Position numbers and translations under genes: made by a program
The notes under the pieces: generated by a model
Told to the model about the DNA's origin: nothing
The model's input: the letters and a program-made list of their open reading frames with translations, nothing else
The model's database searches: none
Source of the DNA: Emiliania huxleyi CCMP1516
Lineage: Eukaryota
Direction: 5' to 3'
Length of the DNA: 64,000 bases
NCBI RefSeq assembly: GCF_000372725.1
Contig: NW_005201338.1
Coordinates: forward strand, 228,041-292,040
Shown here: in pieces, positions 1 to 9,817 of the stretch
Layout: each line of letters opens with the position of its first letter
How positions within the stretch are numbered: the stretch's first letter is position 1

Positions 1-1424
1 CAGCAGTAGCAGCAGCAGCAGCGACGATGACAGCGACGACGCCGACGGACCTGACAGCAACTGTGAGGGAGAGGGAGAGGATGTAGCGTCGTCCGAGTCT
101 GAGAGTGAGTCTGGGGATGAGGGTGAGGAGTAGCCGCGCGGTGGAGTGTACGCTCGCTGTTTACTCGATCCGCGCGTGTGTCGACAAGGGAGAAAACGGC
201 CACGAGAAGAGGAGGGCACGCGTGACACCTGAGCGAGCCCGCCACAGCTGGCTCTTTCACCTGCAAGTACGAAGTAGCAGACGCTAAGGCGCGCAGTAAG
301 TGGCCGACATGGCAAGGTCAGCGCGCATTTGCGCCACGCATCGCGAGATGGAGGGAGTACTGTAACCTACAGAGAGAGGACCTGCAGCCGCCAGACGCGA
401 CGATTCGCACGAAGGAGTGACTCGCCCGCGGCTTGCCGCACTGCACTCGCAGATATGCCCTCCGGGCGGAGGTTGAGCACTAGCCGCAAGGCACACGACC
501 GCGGCCAGTGCTCAACCTGCAGCACCGGGCCTACAGCGAGGAGTGATACGGTGATTGACGAGGCAGTGGTTCATGCGGTGGTGGAATCGGTGTCAAAACC
601 GAGCCAACAGGCTGAAACGGCACGGGAGCTCACAGTGTGCCTCACTGAGAGTCTCGCGGGTGCTCCGAGGCGAGCAGAGCGCGAGGGCCGATGGCATGTG
701 AGTCTACGTAGACGCCTCATACTTCGGCGGGGCTAGTGCAGGACGCAGATGGACGAAGACCGAGTCGACGGCCTGCCCCAAAAATCAAGAAAAAATGCTG
801 CGGCCGAAATCTCGATTTTTAAGCTATCAGGGGGTGTTTCTGGGACTATATGCGACCACTTCACCCGCCCCGGGAGGACTGGATCAGTTGCGACCTATCT
901 TGCACCATCCTGGTGTTAAAACCTACGAGATTGCAGGTTCAGTCCTCGTTGTGCTCTCGCCTCGGGGTTTGGCGCAGCGAGAGATGAGAGCTGCCCCCGC
1001 GCGTGCCCTCTCGCCTCTCGCCCCACAACCACCACTGCAGCGCGTGCGAGCGCGTGCATGGCTGCACGCCGTGCTGCGACCGCCGCGCGAGCGGCTCGCT
1101 CCGAGCGCCGCGAATCTGGCACAATCGGATTGCCGGTCTGAGCGCTGCTGGGCGCGCGGCCGCGGGTCGTCTCCGTGCCACTGCGCCCCCGCGACCCCCA
1201 AAACAAGCCCGCGCCGTGCTCATCCCATTTTATGCTGCTGACGCTCGCGCCCGCCGCCGCCTGCGCCCTCGCAGATCCAAAACAACGTGGGCGAGGCGGG
1301 TGTGCCGCGGTGTCCTTGGTGCTGGGCCTCAAGCTGCGTGCGCTGCGAGTAGGTGCGGCACTTCTCTAACCCCCTACTGCGAACGGCGCCTTCTCTTGAC
1401 CGCCAGCCCTCCAAACACCGGAAT

Positions 1425-1689
1425 ATGGTTTCGTACCTCGATCGAGTGCCCGCGGGGTGGCTGCTATTGCCGCCGCCAGAGCCGCCGCCCTCGCCGCCCT
1501 CGCCGCCCCCACCGTCCTCGCCGCCTCCACCCTCGCCTCCACCCTCGCCGCCTCCGTCGCTGCCCCCACCGTCCTCGCCGCCGCCGCTGCTGCCGCCCTC
1601 CCCACCGCCTCCGTCGCTTCCCCCTCCGACCTCGCCGTCGCCCCAGCGACCGCCGCCCTCGCCGCTGCCGCCGCAGCCGCCCTCGATGC

Positions 1690-1720
<31 letters not shown>

Positions 1721-3191
1721 GTCGCCGCCTCCACCCTCGCCTCCACCCTCGCCGCCTCCACCCTCGCCGCCCCCCACGCCGCCGCCACCATCGCAGCCCC
1801 CGACGCCGCCCCCGCCCTCAGCCCCGCCCCCGCCGCACTCACCGCCGCCGCCCTCGTCGTCGCCCTCGCCGCCGCCGCCCTCACACCCGCCGCTGCTGCC
1901 GCCTCCGTCGCTGCCACCCTCGCCGCCGCCGCCCTCGCCTCCAGTCGCGCCGCCCCCGTCACCGCCGACCTCGCCGCCGCCGCCCTCATCTCCACCCTCG
2001 CCGCCACCGCCCTCGCCGCCACCGCCCTCGCCGCCGCCGCCCTCGCCACCGCCGCCATCGCCGCCGCAGCCATCCCCGCCGCCGCCCTCGCCGCCGCCTC
2101 CGCTTCCGCCTCTGTCGCCCTCGCCTTCCCCGCCACCACCTCCTGCACCGCCGCCTCCGCCGCCGCCGCCGCCGCCGCCGCCGTCGCCGCCAGGGGTGAC
2201 AAAGCCAAACCCACCGCCGCCGATGCCGCCCTGGCCGCCGGGGCAGCGGCCAGAACCTCCCCAGCCCCCGCTACCGCCGCCGTCATTGCCACCGTCCCCG
2301 CCGCCGCCTCTCTCGCCTCCAGCAACGCCGCCGACGCCGCCGCCGCCGCCTCTCTCGCCTCCATCAACGCCGCCGCCGTCGTCGCCGCCGCCTCTCTCGC
2401 CTCCATCAACGCCGACGCCGCCGTCGCCGCCGCCTCTCTCGCCTCCAGCAACGCCGCCGACGCCGCCGCCGCCGCCTCTCTCGCCTCCATCAACGCCGCC
2501 GCCGTCGTCGCCGCCGCCTCTCTCGCCTCCATCAACGCCGCCGCCGCCGCCGCCGCCGCCTCTCTCGCCTCCAACAACGCCGCCGCCGCCGCCGCCGCCG
2601 AAGCCGCCGCCGACGCCGCCATCGCCGCCGCCTCTCTCGCCTCCAGCAACGCCGCCGACGCCGCCACCGACGCCGCCGCCGCCGCCACCAAAGCCGCCGT
2701 CGCCGCCGCCGCCGACGCCGCCGCCGCCGCCGACGCCGCCGCCGCCGCTCGCCCCACCCCCACCCTTCTACGCCGACTTCGTCGAGAAGCTCGACGAGAC
2801 AGTGCGGACGGGCGGGTATCACGTGGTAAAGGCTGGCCGAGCCATCCTCGCCAATCCCCCGGTGGAGTTGGCGCTGGGAGCAGCCGGGTTGCTCTTCCTG
2901 GCGCTCTGCTTCTCCCGCTGCTGCTGCCGGCGGCGCGAGCCGCCTCACAAGCGGCTCGTGGAGCCCGACGAGGAGGAGGCGGCGGGGGGCGGCAAGCCGA
3001 GTCCGCGGCGGCCGAAGCGCCGCTCAGATGCCATGCCGTTCTTGCACGCAAACCGGTCCGCAGCGGAGCTGGAGCTGGCGGAGCAGGTGGCGGAGCTGGA
3101 GCGGCACCTCGCCGTGAGCAAGGCCACAAGGCCGGAAGTAGCATCACTCGTTCAGATGGCGCGGGCCGCGAAGTCTGAGCGGGAGTCGTGA
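1425..3191 (+). CDS. Proline-rich (SPPP/extensin-like) single-pass membrane protein; true 5' end uncertain (possible upstream exon)
   Basis: About 440 aa of S/T-P(n) repeats, then FYADFVEKLD, a hydrophobic helix (LALGAAGLLFLALCFS), CCCRRR and a short coiled-coil tail. First ATG at 1425. Confidence 0.7.
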
Positions 3192-3285
3192 CACTGACAG
3201 ACAGAGGCGCCCCCTTCGTGACGCCCGCTTCCTTAGTTAGGCCGCGTCCCTCCCCTGTCCTCTCGACTGCATTCCTCTCTGGCTC

Positions 3286-3811
3286 AAACGGCGCGTAGCC
3301 GCCGGTTGCTCTATCGCGCTCTCAGACGCAAACGGCGGGCGTAGCCGGTTGCTCTCGCGGGCAGGGCGGTTCGGGTTAGTGCCCAGCACTACGCTCTCGC
3401 CCTCTGTTCGTCGCGGCTACGCCCTCGGCTTGATGAGTACTTTGCCGTGCGATTCGAGCAGTTATTATGACTCAGCACGCAACCGGAGACCGGTTTGGTT
3501 TCTTATCTAATAAATACATCCCTCCGTGAGTCGGGAACTCCTGCATGTATTAGATCTAGAATTACTACGGTTATCCAAGTAGCAAGGTACCATCAAATAA
3601 ACCATAACTGATTTAATGAGCCATTCGCACCGACCGCTCCGAGGTGAGGCGTGTCCGGACGATCCCAACATAATCGCGCTCATATCGCGCTCCCTGGCCC
3701 AAACGGCGCGTAGCCGGTTGCTCTCGTGGGCAGGGCGGTTTGGGCTAGTGCACAGCAGTACGCTCTCGCCCTCTGTTCGTCGCGGCTACGCCCTCAGCTT
3801 GATGGGTACTT
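3286..3811 (+). repeat. Imperfect ~110-bp direct repeats (about 3329-3442 and 3700-3811, plus a partial at 3286) flanking an rRNA fragment
   Basis: caaacggcg..gtagccggttgctctcg..gcagggcggtt..acgctctcgccctctgttcgtcgcggctacgccctc.gcttgatg.gtactt occurs twice. Confidence 0.85.
3444..3629 (-). pseudogene. Isolated 186-bp fragment of the 5' region of 18S rRNA
   Basis: The reverse complement reads TGCGAATGGCTCATTAAATCAGTTATGGTTTATTTGATGGTACCTTGCTACTTGGATAACCGTAGTAATTCTAGA(T)CTAATACATGC..., which is conserved eukaryotic SSU sequence. No other rDNA lies nearby. Confidence 0.93.
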
Positions 3812-4084
3812 AAAGCACGCATCGCCCCAGCAGTGCGCAGCCGTGGCCCGCGCCGCAACGCCGCCGCCGACATCGCCGCCGGCGCCGCCCGTGCCAACGC
3901 CACCGCTGCCCTCCCCACACGAGCACCCACCTCGCCGGCTCGCCGCCACCCATGCTGTCGCCGCCCTCACCCCTCTGCCGACCGCGCTACAACTGGCTAG
4001 CAAAGACGCAGCCTATAGTCTCGACTCTCCCGCCAATGTCTCACGATTGTTTGCGTCTCACGTTGGCTCATGGCATGGTAAGAT

Positions 4085-4368
4085 GGTATCTGACAACGCG
4101 CGACTATGAGGCAGCGGCTTGTGGCGTCTCACACCCGTTCTGCGCCGTGTCTCATTGTGGCTCAGCACAGTCTCAGAAGCAAGTGAGACGAGTCGCTTGG
4201 CGCAGCAACTATGCCGTTGTGAGACCGAGTGAGACGAGGAATGCCGCTTGTTCACCGTGAGACGAGTGTGAGACGCTCTGAGATGAAATGACGAGACGTA
4301 GTAGAGACGACATTGTCACACAGCAGAGGTGCACATTTGTCTCACTGGTGTCTCAAATCAGCCTCTCG
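4085..4368. mobile_element. MITE-like remnant built from GTCTCA/TGAGAC motifs
   Basis: More than 10 copies of gtctca/tgagac in both orientations. No clear TSD. Confidence 0.4.
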
Positions 4369-4453
4369 CGCCGACCTGCGAGATTCACACGTCATTCTCT
4401 ACTCGAGTACGTACGAACGGCGCCTTCTCTTGACCGCCATCCCTCCCCGGGAA

Positions 4454-5638
4454 ATGGTTTGGTACCTCGGGCGAGCTGGCGCGTGTGTAGACCGCTCCGG
4501 CGGCCCTGGGAAGTACGCCTCCGCGTCGACGTCCAACAGCCTCTCCTACGCAGAGATTCACGACACTTGCCGCCGGTCCTGCGACGTCGACGCTTTCTGC
4601 GTCGGCTACAGCGTTTACGCTCCGCTCGTCGGAGGTCAGGTCGGTTACGATCCGCTCGTCGGAGGTCAGGTCGAGTGCAAGACCTATAAGGCGCAAACCT
4701 CGGTGGACATGATTGCGGGCGCAGCGCCCTCGAGCGGCACGACGTGCTACGAAAAAATATATTCACCCGCGCCGTCGCCTCCGCCGCCGCCGCTCCCGCC
4801 ACTGCCCCCGCCGTGTGCCTTCCCCGACGCGCAGTGCCTTGGCCAGACCTGCGGAGACTGGATCGGCACCTCCTGCACCAGCCCCTCCCTCCAGGGACTC
4901 TGGGCCGGCCACACCTGCCCGCATTGCCGCGGCTGCTGCTCCGTGCCGCCGCCGCCTTCCCCTCCCGCGGCCCCCCCCTCGCCAGCGACCCCGCCACAGC
5001 CGCCGCCGACGCCGCCACCGACGCCACCGCCTTCGACGCCGCCGCCGCTCGCCCCACCCCCACCCTTCTACGCCGACTTCGTCGACAAGCTCGACGGGAC
5101 GGTGCGGACGGGGTACGAGACCGTGGCGCCCGTCGTCAAGGAGCTGGAGAAGGAGCTGGGCGCGCTGCTCCCTGAGCGGTGGGCCCAGAAGGTCGCCGAA
5201 CACGGGAGCGCGGTGCGCGAGTGGAGCCTGCGCCCCCTCGGCGACTCGCTAAAGCTAAACTTGGACGACCGGAACCGGACATCCACTCCGAGTGCTCTCC
5301 CCCCCCTCCTTCGCGATCACGTGGTAAAGGCGGGCCGAGCCATCCTCGCCAATTCCCCGCTGAAGTTGGCGCTGGGAGCAGCCGGGTTGCTCTTCCTAGC
5401 GCTCTGCTTCTACCGCTGCTGCTGCCGGCGGCGCGAGCCGCCTCACAAGCGGCTCGTGGAGCCCGACGAGGAGGAGGCGCGGGGCGGCATGCCAAGTCCG
5501 CGGCCGAAGCGCCGCTCCGATGCCCTTCATCGGCCGCAGGAGCTGGCGGAGCAGTTGGCGGAGCTGAAGCTTAGGATGAAGGAAGTGGGGGAGCTGGAGC
5601 GGCGCCTCTCCGTGAGCAAGGCCCAAGGCCGGAAGTAG
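4454..5638 (+). CDS. Paralog of 1425-3191: Cys-rich (PAN/apple-like) ectodomain, Pro linker, TM helix and CCCRRR tail
   Basis: The C-terminal part is near-identical to the first paralog (LAPPPPFYADFV.KLD, LALGAAGLLFLALCF, EPPHKRLVEPDEEEA). The N-terminus has C..C...C..D..C.GYS..C..Y..C spacing. Confidence 0.7.
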   Translation: MVWYLGRAGACVDRSGGPGKYASASTSNSLSYAEIHDTCRRSCDVDAFCVGYSVYAPLVGGQVGYDPLVGGQVECKTYKAQTSVDMIAGAAPSSGTTCYEKIYSPAPSPPPPPLPPLPPPCAFPDAQCLGQTCGDWIGTSCTSPSLQGLWAGHTCPHCRGCCSVPPPPSPPAAPPSPATPPQPPPTPPPTPPPSTPPPLAPPPPFYADFVDKLDGTVRTGYETVAPVVKELEKELGALLPERWAQKVAEHGSAVREWSLRPLGDSLKLNLDDRNRTSTPSALPPLLRDHVVKAGRAILANSPLKLALGAAGLLFLALCFYRCCCRRREPPHKRLVEPDEEEARGGMPSPRPKRRSDALHRPQELAEQLAELKLRMKEVGELERRLSVSKAQGRK

Positions 5639-6087
5639 CATCACTCGCTCATGTGGCGCGGGCCGCGAGATCTGAGCGGGAGAGGCTCGACGTTGGGGCA
5701 CCGACTGGCCCACAACGCGGTGAACCAGGCGCGCAGCGCGGGTCGCCACCGAGTGGCTGCCGGTTCGAGATTCCTCCTTTCCGCTCCCCCCCCGCAAGGC
5801 GCGAGACACACACGACTGCCTGATTAATGAGGTGGTGCGGCGTTCTGCGAATCTTGCTCTGGAGCATAGAATGCCAGCTGGAACCCGCGCGACTTTGGCC
5901 TTTGTTTGCGCGTGGGGAAACACGGCGCGATGCTAACGCTACAGTATCGGCTCGTGGAGCTCGAGGCTCACGGTCGAGGGCTGGATGGAGGACGTCGGGC
6001 GTCGTGAGAACTGAAAAAGGGGGGCGGGGGGTGTGGCGAGTGGCGTGGAAATCGATATCGGATATGATATGGAGTTCACTTTTGTAT

Positions 6088-6185
6088 TGCATGTGCATGT
6101 GCATGTGCGTGTGCATGTTACAATGTGCATGTATGTTGTAACACGCTCATGCATGTATGTTGTCATGTTGTTGTTGTGCATGCAC
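6088..6185. repeat. (TGCATG/TGTATG) low-complexity repeat
   Basis: Tandem tgcatg-type units. Similar tracts occur at about 40883-40905 and 62628-62657. Confidence 0.8.
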
Positions 6186-7716
6186 TTGGTTATAAAGCCG
6201 TAGCACCATGCTTGGACAAGCTAAGAATAGGCCTCACCCGAGAATACAGTAGGCTGCAGAGAGAACTTGCCGCCGCGGCGGGCGTCTCTGCCGTGTGTGT
6301 ACCCGACGCTTCTATGTCCGCGCGGGCGAGAGTGGTCTAAACTGTAAACTCTATGGAGCCCCGAGCATCGCTGCTGCGTGGAGAAGACAGCAGCACTGCC
6401 CGACCTCAAAACATGCACAACAAGCGGGATTTGTGACTCTGTCCTCAATTCTTCAGCCGCTCTGCCGGACGCGCTCCCCTTGTCGCGAGGGGCACCGGTG
6501 CAAGCCCAGAACCGCCTCGCCAAGTATAGCCACACGGGGAGAAACTATGAACATGATTCAGGTCTACTACGTTGAATTGAACGACTCTGCGTCGTCCGCT
6601 GCGGGCCAAACTCAACACAGTGCGTTGCGACACACACCCTTCCTGGCTGACGGTCGAGCAGTGTGCAAGCCGCGTGCGCCCATTCTGGCCTCGCCAAGCT
6701 TGGAACATGGGAATTAATGATGCTTGGGATCTAGGTCTACAACCACTGCCGTGAGTGGATCCACATTCGCGTCATAAGGCATCCTGGCCTGCTGCGGCCA
6801 CAGCCAGCATTGCGTAGCGACGCACTGTGTGTGGCTGGCAGCAAGCAAACTCAAATGACGACGCGTTGCAGCCTCGTAGCTCAACAACATTGTGCATTTG
6901 AGGAAGGCTCCGTTACTAAGGCTGATAGAAGCAGCATCAGCCACACAACCAACAACAGCTTCTGGAGAGTATGCGGAGCGCAAGCAGCCGGTGATCAAAG
7001 GCGTGTTGCTGTCGGTGGCAGATTGCCAGAGGGACGCCGGCGCTTCGGTGCGTGGCTTCGGGGTGGTCGCAATTTCCACCGCTCAACTTGGAGGCAGTGT
7101 GTCTAGTGCGTTGTGCGTAGTAGTACCCAATAAAGTGCTAACACGACCCTCGGGGGCAGCAGGGGGTATGTGGCGAGCGCACGGAGGCACAGTTAGGCCG
7201 CCGTGATATCGCCCTTCCGGGCACCCCGCATCGGTAGCCGTTTAGGGGTTAAGGCTGATTGGCTAGACGAGCGGCCTACCTCCAACGGGGCAGTCTAGAT
7301 CACGGGGGATGATATCCTGCCTACCGGCACGCCGGGAGGAGGTGGTTGCTCCGCCGCCGGACCGGCCTCTCCACCACCCTCGCCCAGGCCCCACTGGCCC
7401 AGGGATCTACAATGCTGTCTCATGAAGGTCCGACAGGTTCGGGACGGCACCGGGCACCGCCTCGGTATACAAAATGCGCCTGCGGGCGGACCCTCACAGA
7501 TCACAGATCACTCTGGTCTACGCACACCCAAGCAGGGCTGGGATGGCTGTCAGCGCTCCCCTGGGCTTCGCATCACACCCCTCACCTGGAAGAGCAAGTA
7601 GTCGCGTAAAATCGGCATGTAAAATGCCGCATCAAGGCGTCTAAAGAAGACGACATGAATGTTCACAGAGAATGTTTACGGTTCAGACCTTTGCGCGGGG
7701 TGTGAACAGCCATTCC

Positions 7717-7820
7717 GCGTGGTTGAAGGTTGAAGGGGTCGGTCGACCACTTGGTTGATGGTTGAGACCTCTGTCAACCCGCTGGTTGACAGTTGAGGCA
7801 ATCGGCCTCAACCACCGCTA
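7717..7820. mobile_element. Small fold-back/MITE-like element with GTTGA/TCAAC motifs
   Basis: Imperfect inverted ends gtggttgaagg ... cctcaaccac, with several internal ggttga. Confidence 0.4.
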
Positions 7821-8082
7821 GGGACTGCATCACAGGGTTGCTCGGAGGGAAGAGGGATGCGCAGCGCGCGCGGGAGCTGGGCCGGGCCGCGCATTCCTGG
7901 TGAGATTCGTCCCGAGTTTGTGTCAACCACACTCATGGGAGATGAGGCAGGCGCGGCAGACCCGCAACCAGTCGGCGCGGAGCTGGAGGAAATCTGGGAC
8001 TGCGCGGAGGAGGCGCCCGCACGTCGTGGCACGTAGGGCTCGCCGTCACCCAGGCGCAAAAGGAGGGCGACACACGCTGCAG

Positions 8083-8343
8083 GGCAAGAGCACCCAGGCC
8101 ATATCGCGCTCGCATTCCTCCTGCCCGCCGTCGGCATCGTCGCCTCCACCATCGGCTTCTTCGCAGTCAACACCAGCGCGCAGGGCAAGGGGTGGGACGT
8201 CCACCTCCGCAGCCGCACCCCTGCCGCCCTCTCCAGAGGGGCGGAGCCGGCCGTGGCACGCCCGTGACGCGACGCGCCCGCGACGGCTGCTCCTCTAGGC
8301 ACCCTCATGTGGGCCCTCGAGAAGGGCATGTACCTCTCAGCGT
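8083..8343 (+). pseudogene. Two-exon fragment resembling a membrane H+/Na+-translocating pyrophosphatase
   Basis: Spliced reading HIALAFLLPAVGIVASTIGFFAVNT...GTLMWALEKGMYLSA resembles the helix pair that follows the catalytic loops of mPPases. The rest of the gene is absent. Confidence 0.45.
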
Positions 8344-8642
8344 GGGCAAGCAAGGCGGCGGCCGAGATCAATCATCTCCGAGGTCCGCTGGCAGTTCACT
8401 CAAGCACATCCGCAACGCCAAGGGCATCTCGCTCGGCGAGTGCATCCGCGTCTACACCGAAAAGGCGGAGGAGTTTTGTGTAGAGGTGGATCACTTCGTT
8501 CATGCCGCGTTTTTTTGGCCGAACCGACAGGGGCGCCGCGGCAGGTAGGGAGCACTCCACCGCCATCCCGTTTTTATGGCGGGTAGCTTGGGGAGTCATA
8601 TGTGGTGGCGGCGTGCCGTCCTCCCATCCTGGCGAGCGAGTA

Positions 8643-8644
<2 letters not shown>

Positions 8645-8674
<30 letters not shown>
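8645..8674. repeat. (GT)n microsatellite
   Basis: About 15 GT units. Confidence 0.95.
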
Positions 8675-8676
<2 letters not shown>

Positions 8677-8803
8677 ACACGAGTACAGACAGTCCACGCC
8701 TGCTATTCACAGCACAAGCCCTCGCCGGGGGCTCGAGCATGCGCAGCGAAAAGCAATCCTTTTTCCAGACGGACCCCCCCCTTGTGAAAAAGTGAGGCCT
8801 GGT

Positions 8804-9687
8804 ACTAGGGGGCTATACACTCTCTGAGGCCTCAGACCCCCCTCTGAGGACGGGTCGGACCCCTGCCTTGGCGGCACAGAGGGTTTGACTCTGACTCTGT
8901 GCCGCCTCTATGGCCTCTCTTGGCTGCTTTTGGCCTCAGAGGGTCCCTGGCTGATGGTCCGTCTTGGCGCGGCACAGAGGGCTTTGACCTCAGAGGGTGG
9001 CCCCCCCTCACGGCAGAGGCGAGAGCCCCGGGCGGAGGCGGAGCTGCCTAGCCCTCCACGAACGGCGCTGACCAGTGAGGGCGGGGAGGGGCGGGGTAGT
9101 AAAACATTACGACTTTTCACAGCGACCATCCATGACTAAGGCGCTACTCTATACGCTCGCAAGCGCGCCCGGCACCACACGCGCTTACTGCTGCAGGCTC
9201 GCCCACAGCGCCTGCGCCGTGCCCTGCGCGTGAACCAGCTTCGCACGGCCCGGCCCCGTCAACTTGAGGATGTGCTTGGAGCGGCCGCCCGACAATGTCG
9301 TTGACCCGGACTCTGATGCGCATCTTGGGTGCCTCGCCACAGCTGGGGCGCCTCGCGCAGAGTAGCTGGAGAGACAGTTCCGTCAACTCTCGCAGAAATT
9401 CTTTTTCTGTGGTTGTGGGGACGAGAGAGACTTGAAATGCCTGAAAACCCCTCTGAGCACTGAGGAGCGGCCTCGCGGGGCTTGCCTTGGCGTCTCAGAG
9501 GGTCCCCGTAGCCTCAGAGGCTGCGCCGAGAGAGGCTGGCTTGGCGGCACAGGCCTTCAGAGGGTCGGCCCAGGCACCCTCTGAGCCGCTCGTGGATGGC
9601 CTCTCTTGGCACAGAGGGTACCCTCTGAGACGAGCAGATCTGGGCCCGCTTGCCTCACACCCCCCCCCTCTGACACAACCCCCTAGT
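8804..9687. mobile_element. Non-autonomous TIR element (884 bp) with 8-bp TSD GGCCTGGT
   Basis: ggcctggt|ACTAGGGGG ... CCCCCTAGT|ggcctggt (TSDs 8796-8803 and 9688-9695). Many subterminal CTCTGA/TCAGAG motifs. Confidence 0.85.
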
Positions 9688-9817
9688 GGCCTGGTCTGTA
9701 TTGGTTGCAAAAAAGAATTTCACGGTTCCCACCACCTGCGAGGGCTCGGTGGCACCGCGGCGACCAACCACGCTCTTCGCCGCCGCGCTCGGCCTCGCCG
9801 GCCGCGCGCCGAGGCGC

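Noticed and set aside
1003..3178. Long overlapping Arg-, Ala- and Gly-rich ORFs in other frames
   Set aside because: They are shadow frames of CCG-rich Pro repeats. The same applies to most antisense ORFs across the window.
3444..3629. Functional rRNA gene
   Set aside because: It is only about a tenth of 18S, and the flanks are not rDNA.
6340..7500. Possible decayed gene (lower GC, Cys/Ser-rich short ORFs)
   Set aside because: It has multiple stops and no recognisable family. The same holds for 28040-28960, 36400-37000, 41200-41600 and 60290-60787.
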